A program made the position numbers and the translations under genes. Of a stretch of DNA of 64,000 nucleotides, positions 59,829-64,000 are shown piece after piece. Origin of the DNA: Candidatus Binatia bacterium (GTDB lineage: Bacteria > Desulfobacterota > Binatia > HRBIN30). The stretch is taken from positions 39,512 to 103,511 of the forward strand of contig JBIOJG010000015.1 in the NCBI GenBank assembly GCA_044450645.1, read 5' to 3'. The first letter of the stretch is position 1; every line of letters begins with the position of its first letter. The notes under the pieces were generated by a model, which worked only from the letters and a program-made list of their open reading frames with translations, was not told where the DNA came from and made no database searches.

Positions 59829-61607
59829 TTATGAAGCGGCGGATCGTTGCGCCGCAGACGGCTTGAACTGCATCTGGTAGAGCGAGGCGAACGCGCCTTG
59901 CCGTTCGAGCAGCTCGTCGAAGGTGCCACGCTCGGTGATGGCGCCGTTCTGCAGCACCACGATCTGGGCGGCGCGCCGCACGGTGCTCAAGCGGTGCGCG
60001 ATGACGAAGGTGGTGCGGCCGCGCACGACCTGTTCCATGGCCTCCATGATCGCGGCCTCCGTGGCCGTGTCGACCGACGAGGTCGGTTCGTCGAGGATCA
60101 GGATGGGCGCGTTGCGGAGCAACGCTCGCGCGATGGTGAGCCGCTGGCGCTCGCCTTCGGACAGGGTCACTCCCTGCTCGCCGATGACGGTGTCGTAACC
60201 CGCCGGCAAACGCGAGATGAAATCATCGGCCTGCGCCATCTGTGCCGCACGCCGAATCTCTTCGAAGCTGGCCGAGGGGCGGCCGTAGGCGATGTTGTCA
60301 CGTAGGCTGAGGGGAAACACCATCGGCGGCTGCAGCACCATGCTGACGTGCTGCCGCAGGGAGGCCAGCGTGAATTCGCGCACATCGGTTCCATCAATCA
60401 ACACCTGTCCCGCAGACGGATCGTAAAAGCGTGGAATCAAGCTGACCAGCGTGCTCTTGCCCGCCCCCGTCGGGCCGACGATGGCGATGATCTGTCCCGG
60501 CTGCGCTTCCAGGTTGATGTGGTGCAGTGTCTCACGATCCTTCGAATACCCGAAGGAGACATCGATGAACTTGACGTGCCCGCGCGGAGGCGCGCGGAAC
60601 TCCCTCGTGCCTTCGGCCACCGTCGGTTCGCGGTCGAGCACTTCGACGACACGCGCCATCCCGGCCTTGGCGCCTTGGACAGTGCCGTAGGTCTGGATGA
60701 TGGAATTGATCGGCGCGTAGAGCGAGGCGAGATAGCTTACGAAGACGACCATGTCTCCTATGGTGAGGTCATGTTGCCATACGTGTTGCGCTCCGACCCA
60801 GAGAACGGCGGCGGTGCCAAAGGCGAGGACCAGGTTGGTTCCCGCCCCGTACGCCGTCTGCAGGGTGTAAAGGCTCAGGCTCATGCGCAGGCTGGCGGTG
60901 CTCTGGGTGACAAAGGCACGGTGTTCCTCCTCTTCCTTCGAGAAGGCTTGCACCACCTTGATGGCCGACATGCCACGTTGGACCAGTTGGTAGACGGCGC
61001 TTTCGCTCTCACGCGCGCGCTGCGCCACCTCCGTGATCCGCCGGTTGAGCAGGAGAATGGCCACAAAGAGGAACGGGCACACGGCGAGAGCCACCACTGT
61101 GAGCAGCCAATCGAGCCGCACCATGACGACGAACATTCCGATCAGCAATATGGCGGCGGAGAGGACGGGGAACAGCCCGTTCATTGCCAGAGTCTGAATG
61201 GCGTAGGTGTCACCGGTGACGCGATAGATGAGATCGCCGACCGAAGCGCGCGAATGGAAGGACAGCGAGAGGCGTTGCAGGTGCTGATATAGGCGGCTGC
61301 GCAAGTCGTTGACCATGCCCTGACCGATGGAAATGGTGGTGAAGTTGTTGAGGACGCTGATGCCGCCCAAGGCGCCGTAGATGACGACCAATCCGGCGGT
61401 GGCGAGTAGCAGCAGGGCGGGGGGGCTCATGCCCGCAACCACAGGCCACGGCGGTGGCCTGCGCGGCAAGACGTAGTCGATGACGATTTTGAGCGGCCAG
61501 GGTTTCAGAATCTCCAGGACACTCAGCGCGATCACCTGGATCACCGCGAAGAGGAAGGCGCCGCGGTATGGGCGCAGGTAGCGTGCAACCTGGAAGGCGA
61601 GGTTCAT
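59829..61607 (-). CDS. ABC transporter, fused permease/ATP-binding exporter (MsbA-like)
   Basis: Six-TM domain. Walker A GPTGAGKST. ABC signature LSEGERQRLTIARAL. Walker B ILILDEPTSSVD. H-loop. Confidence 0.9.
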   Translation of the reverse strand: MNLAFQVARYLRPYRGAFLFAVIQVIALSVLEILKPWPLKIVIDYVLPRRPPPWPVVAGMSPPALLLLATAGLVVIYGALGGISVLNNFTTISIGQGMVNDLRSRLYQHLQRLSLSFHSRASVGDLIYRVTGDTYAIQTLAMNGLFPVLSAAILLIGMFVVMVRLDWLLTVVALAVCPFLFVAILLLNRRITEVAQRARESESAVYQLVQRGMSAIKVVQAFSKEEEEHRAFVTQSTASLRMSLSLYTLQTAYGAGTNLVLAFGTAAVLWVGAQHVWQHDLTIGDMVVFVSYLASLYAPINSIIQTYGTVQGAKAGMARVVEVLDREPTVAEGTREFRAPPRGHVKFIDVSFGYSKDRETLHHINLEAQPGQIIAIVGPTGAGKSTLVSLIPRFYDPSAGQVLIDGTDVREFTLASLRQHVSMVLQPPMVFPLSLRDNIAYGRPSASFEEIRRAAQMAQADDFISRLPAGYDTVIGEQGVTLSEGERQRLTIARALLRNAPILILDEPTSSVDTATEAAIMEAMEQVVRGRTTFVIAHRLSTVRRAAQIVVLQNGAITERGTFDELLERQGAFASLYQMQFKPSAAQRSAAS

Positions 61608-61620
61608 TGTGCGCGTGCGT

Positions 61621-63990
61621 TCACTCAGCGGCGCCGTCCACGGGCGTGAGCTGGATCTGCTTCGCGACGATTTCGATCACGTGGTACATGACCCGCCCGA
61701 GCCGGTAGTTGTCGTAGGCGACCACGATGAGATTGAGGGATCCCAGCAGCAGTGCGACCTCCTCGATCTCCGCCAGGCCGACGGACCAGCCGATGATCGC
61801 CAATGCGGCGAAGCCGAGGAGCGAAATGCGTGACAACAGCGACTCGCGCACCCGACAGCGGGTGCGAAAGAAGCGCTTGCTGCCGCCATGGTTCTCCACG
61901 GCCACCTTCAGATCGGCCTTCGACCAGATCCCCTGGTAAATCGTCACGTCGCGATCATTCCAGCCCTGATCGACGGCAATGAGGTACTTCCGGGGCAGGA
62001 GAAACTGCATGACCGCGTGCAGCAGGTTCTCTTTTTCCCACGCATTCTCCGACCAGTAACACAGAAAGAACTGGCGCTTGAGCCATTGCACCCGGGCGGG
62101 TTGGGAAGGCTCTTCGAAGTGAATCCGGGCCACGTTCGTCATGCCCTGTATGCGATAGAGGTACCGCTGCAGACTCCGCACCAAGGGGCCGAGATAGATG
62201 AGCACCGTGATCAGCAGGCGACTGCCGACGCCGTCGTAGCGTGGGTCGATTTTTGCCCGCCAGGCACGGCCCCCGGCCCAGACGAATGCGGTGAGCAACG
62301 GCAAGCCGGCGAGGAACTCGTACCGGCCGGCGACCGCCGCTCCAATGAGCAACACCAGCGCGACCAGGTTCCACTCCAAAGTAAATGGCAGGTATGACAG
62401 CAACGACGATGACGGCTCGTAGAGGGTTTGGAACAAGCCGCGCCCGAAGACGCCGTGGTAAATCACCGGACGACGAGAGAACAGCGACATGCCCAGATCG
62501 CCGTAGATCCGGCCGATCCACTGCGATTGCCCGAGCATGTTGAAGCGGAACGGGTGCTTGAAATACAGCTGTGCCTCCGCCTTGCCGTAGCCCATCTGCT
62601 GCTTGAGGTAGGCCTTGATGGTGTTGCGCCGGAAGTGCCACACCATGGCGGCCGGGCTGAAGGCGATCGGGTAGCCGTGGTTTTGAAAACGCCAGCACAG
62701 ATCCACGTCATCACCCGCGGCGCGGTAGATCGGATCGAAGCCGCCGATCTCGTCGAACGCCTTCTTGAGGAAAGCCATGTTGCAACCCGGAATGTGCTCG
62801 GCCACTTCGTCGTCGATCAGGACGTGCGTCGGCCCGCCGGGAGACGCGGCGACGCAGGCCGGGATACGCGCATCCTCGGGCGGAGGCAGGTTGGGTCCAC
62901 CCACGGCGATGAACCCTCCATGCACGAACTTATAGGCCAGAAAGGTGAGCCAGTCCGGATCGACGACGCAGTCGGAATCGGTGAAGGCCACGATCTCCCC
63001 CGAGGCGTTTTCGATGCCCAGGTTGCGCGCGACGCTCAGCCCCTTGTTTTCCTGCGAGAAGAGGCGCACCTCGGGATAGCGCTGGCTGATCTCGAGGGTG
63101 CGATCGGTCGAGCCGTCGTTGACGACGATGACTTCGTAGTTCGGGTAGCGCAGCGTGCGCAATGACGCCAGACACGCGTCCATGGTGCGCTCGGCGTTGT
63201 AGGCGCAGATGACCACGGAGATGCGCGGCGGGTGATCAAGCGGCGGCGGCAGCTGGCCCGCGTACAGCTTCTGCACGGCATGATAGGCGGGTTTCTTGTG
63301 GCGCTCGCGGTCCACCAGCCCGAACGCCCAGTCCTCCACTTGAAAACCGCCCGTGAACCAGTCGTCCGTCCAAGCGAAGACCATCGTACCGGCGACGCCG
63401 GATTCGAACGCGGCGCGCACCTGCCAGGAGAGGATCTGCGCCTGCTCTGCGGCGCCTTCACGCATGGAATCGATGCCGAACTCGGTCAGCACCAGAGGCT
63501 TGTCCTTGGCGAGGTTCTGCAGGCGCGAAAGGTAACGGCGAAAATCTCTCTCGCGGTGCAGGTACACGTTGAAGGAGATGAAATCGAGGAAGTCGAGGTC
63601 GAGGTATTCGGTTGGCGGAAAGTTGGCGTAGCTGACCAGCGTCTCGGGTTCGATGCCCTTCACCAAATCGTAGAGTTCTCGCAGGAAGGCTTTTACCCGC
63701 TCCGGTTGGTGCCAGCGCACCACGTCCGGCGGAATCTCATTGCCGATGAGGAACGCAAAGACGGCAGGATGCCGGTTGCAGGCCTCGACGCCGGTGGTGA
63801 TCTGCGCGCGGATGTCCTGCATCACGCCGGGCTCGTCGAGGAAACAGACGTGCTCGGTCCAGGGCAGGCCGACCAGCACCCCGAGGTCGTGCTCCTCGGC
63901 GAGATCGAGCAGCCACTCCGGCGGTGGGGTGAAGGTCCGGAAGCAATTGGCGCCGAGATCACGCATCAAGGCGAAGTCGCGCCGCACCAT
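61621..63990 (-). CDS. Multidomain protein: N-terminal TIM-barrel glycoside-hydrolase-like domain, GT2 glycosyltransferase domain, C-terminal polytopic membrane domain (5' end may lie beyond the window)
   Basis: DFALMRDLGANCFRT … LVLTEFG (GH-like barrel with NE…E). GT2 core ISVVICAYNAERTMDACLASL … VVNDGSTDRT … FTDSDCVVDPDWL (DxD). Then ~6 TM helices. The ORF reaches within 10 nt of the window edge. Confidence 0.65.
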   Translation of the reverse strand: MVRRDFALMRDLGANCFRTFTPPPEWLLDLAEEHDLGVLVGLPWTEHVCFLDEPGVMQDIRAQITTGVEACNRHPAVFAFLIGNEIPPDVVRWHQPERVKAFLRELYDLVKGIEPETLVSYANFPPTEYLDLDFLDFISFNVYLHRERDFRRYLSRLQNLAKDKPLVLTEFGIDSMREGAAEQAQILSWQVRAAFESGVAGTMVFAWTDDWFTGGFQVEDWAFGLVDRERHKKPAYHAVQKLYAGQLPPPLDHPPRISVVICAYNAERTMDACLASLRTLRYPNYEVIVVNDGSTDRTLEISQRYPEVRLFSQENKGLSVARNLGIENASGEIVAFTDSDCVVDPDWLTFLAYKFVHGGFIAVGGPNLPPPEDARIPACVAASPGGPTHVLIDDEVAEHIPGCNMAFLKKAFDEIGGFDPIYRAAGDDVDLCWRFQNHGYPIAFSPAAMVWHFRRNTIKAYLKQQMGYGKAEAQLYFKHPFRFNMLGQSQWIGRIYGDLGMSLFSRRPVIYHGVFGRGLFQTLYEPSSSLLSYLPFTLEWNLVALVLLIGAAVAGRYEFLAGLPLLTAFVWAGGRAWRAKIDPRYDGVGSRLLITVLIYLGPLVRSLQRYLYRIQGMTNVARIHFEEPSQPARVQWLKRQFFLCYWSENAWEKENLLHAVMQFLLPRKYLIAVDQGWNDRDVTIYQGIWSKADLKVAVENHGGSKRFFRTRCRVRESLLSRISLLGFAALAIIGWSVGLAEIEEVALLLGSLNLIVVAYDNYRLGRVMYHVIEIVAKQIQLTPVDGAAE

Positions 63991-64000
63991 GTCGCGCTCG

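Noticed and set aside
1-64000. CRISPR arrays, rRNA, tRNA genes
   Set aside because: None detected by eye. No spaced direct-repeat arrays and no clover-leaf candidates in intergenic regions.

Overview
High-GC (~68%) bacterial chromosomal segment from a diderm organism; the genus cannot be assigned from sequence alone. Housekeeping genes recognised: ispG, mutS2, hisS, aspS, ilvD, two acyl-CoA dehydrogenases and a P-type ATPase. Between them lie several accessory modules. (i) A sensor-kinase / receiver / hybrid-kinase block at 877–5025. (ii) Two secreted Thr/Pro-repeat proteins with dockerin-like Ca-binding modules flanking a small secreted protein (15981–20905); one contains four near-identical 90-bp tandem repeats. 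(iii) A triad of an inactive transglutaminase fused to a 7TM domain, a RimK-like ATP-grasp ligase and a CPBP intramembrane protease (30690–34658). (iv) A regulatory block of an NtrC-type sigma-54 activator plus two histidine kinases (36210–40232), followed by a GG-N10-GC sigma-54 promoter. That promoter sits in front of a porin-cytochrome-like cluster at 40546–49437: two paralogous NHL-repeat lipoproteins, a 4-heme cytochrome, two overlapping triheme c7-type cytochromes, a 722-aa outer-membrane beta-barrel, a 12-heme cytochrome and a monoheme cytochrome c. This looks like an extracellular electron-transfer conduit and is the most interesting system in the window. (v) Three tandem paralogous GT-B-like genes, translationally coupled, next to a GT-C (PMT/ArnT-like) membrane glycosyltransferase (49577–54833). 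(vi) A small lower-GC island with an IS1-family transposase remnant, a DPPH-motif methyltransferase and a convergent unknown ORF (55043–56800). Many long antisense or overlapping ORFs in the six-frame track are high-GC artefacts and were rejected.
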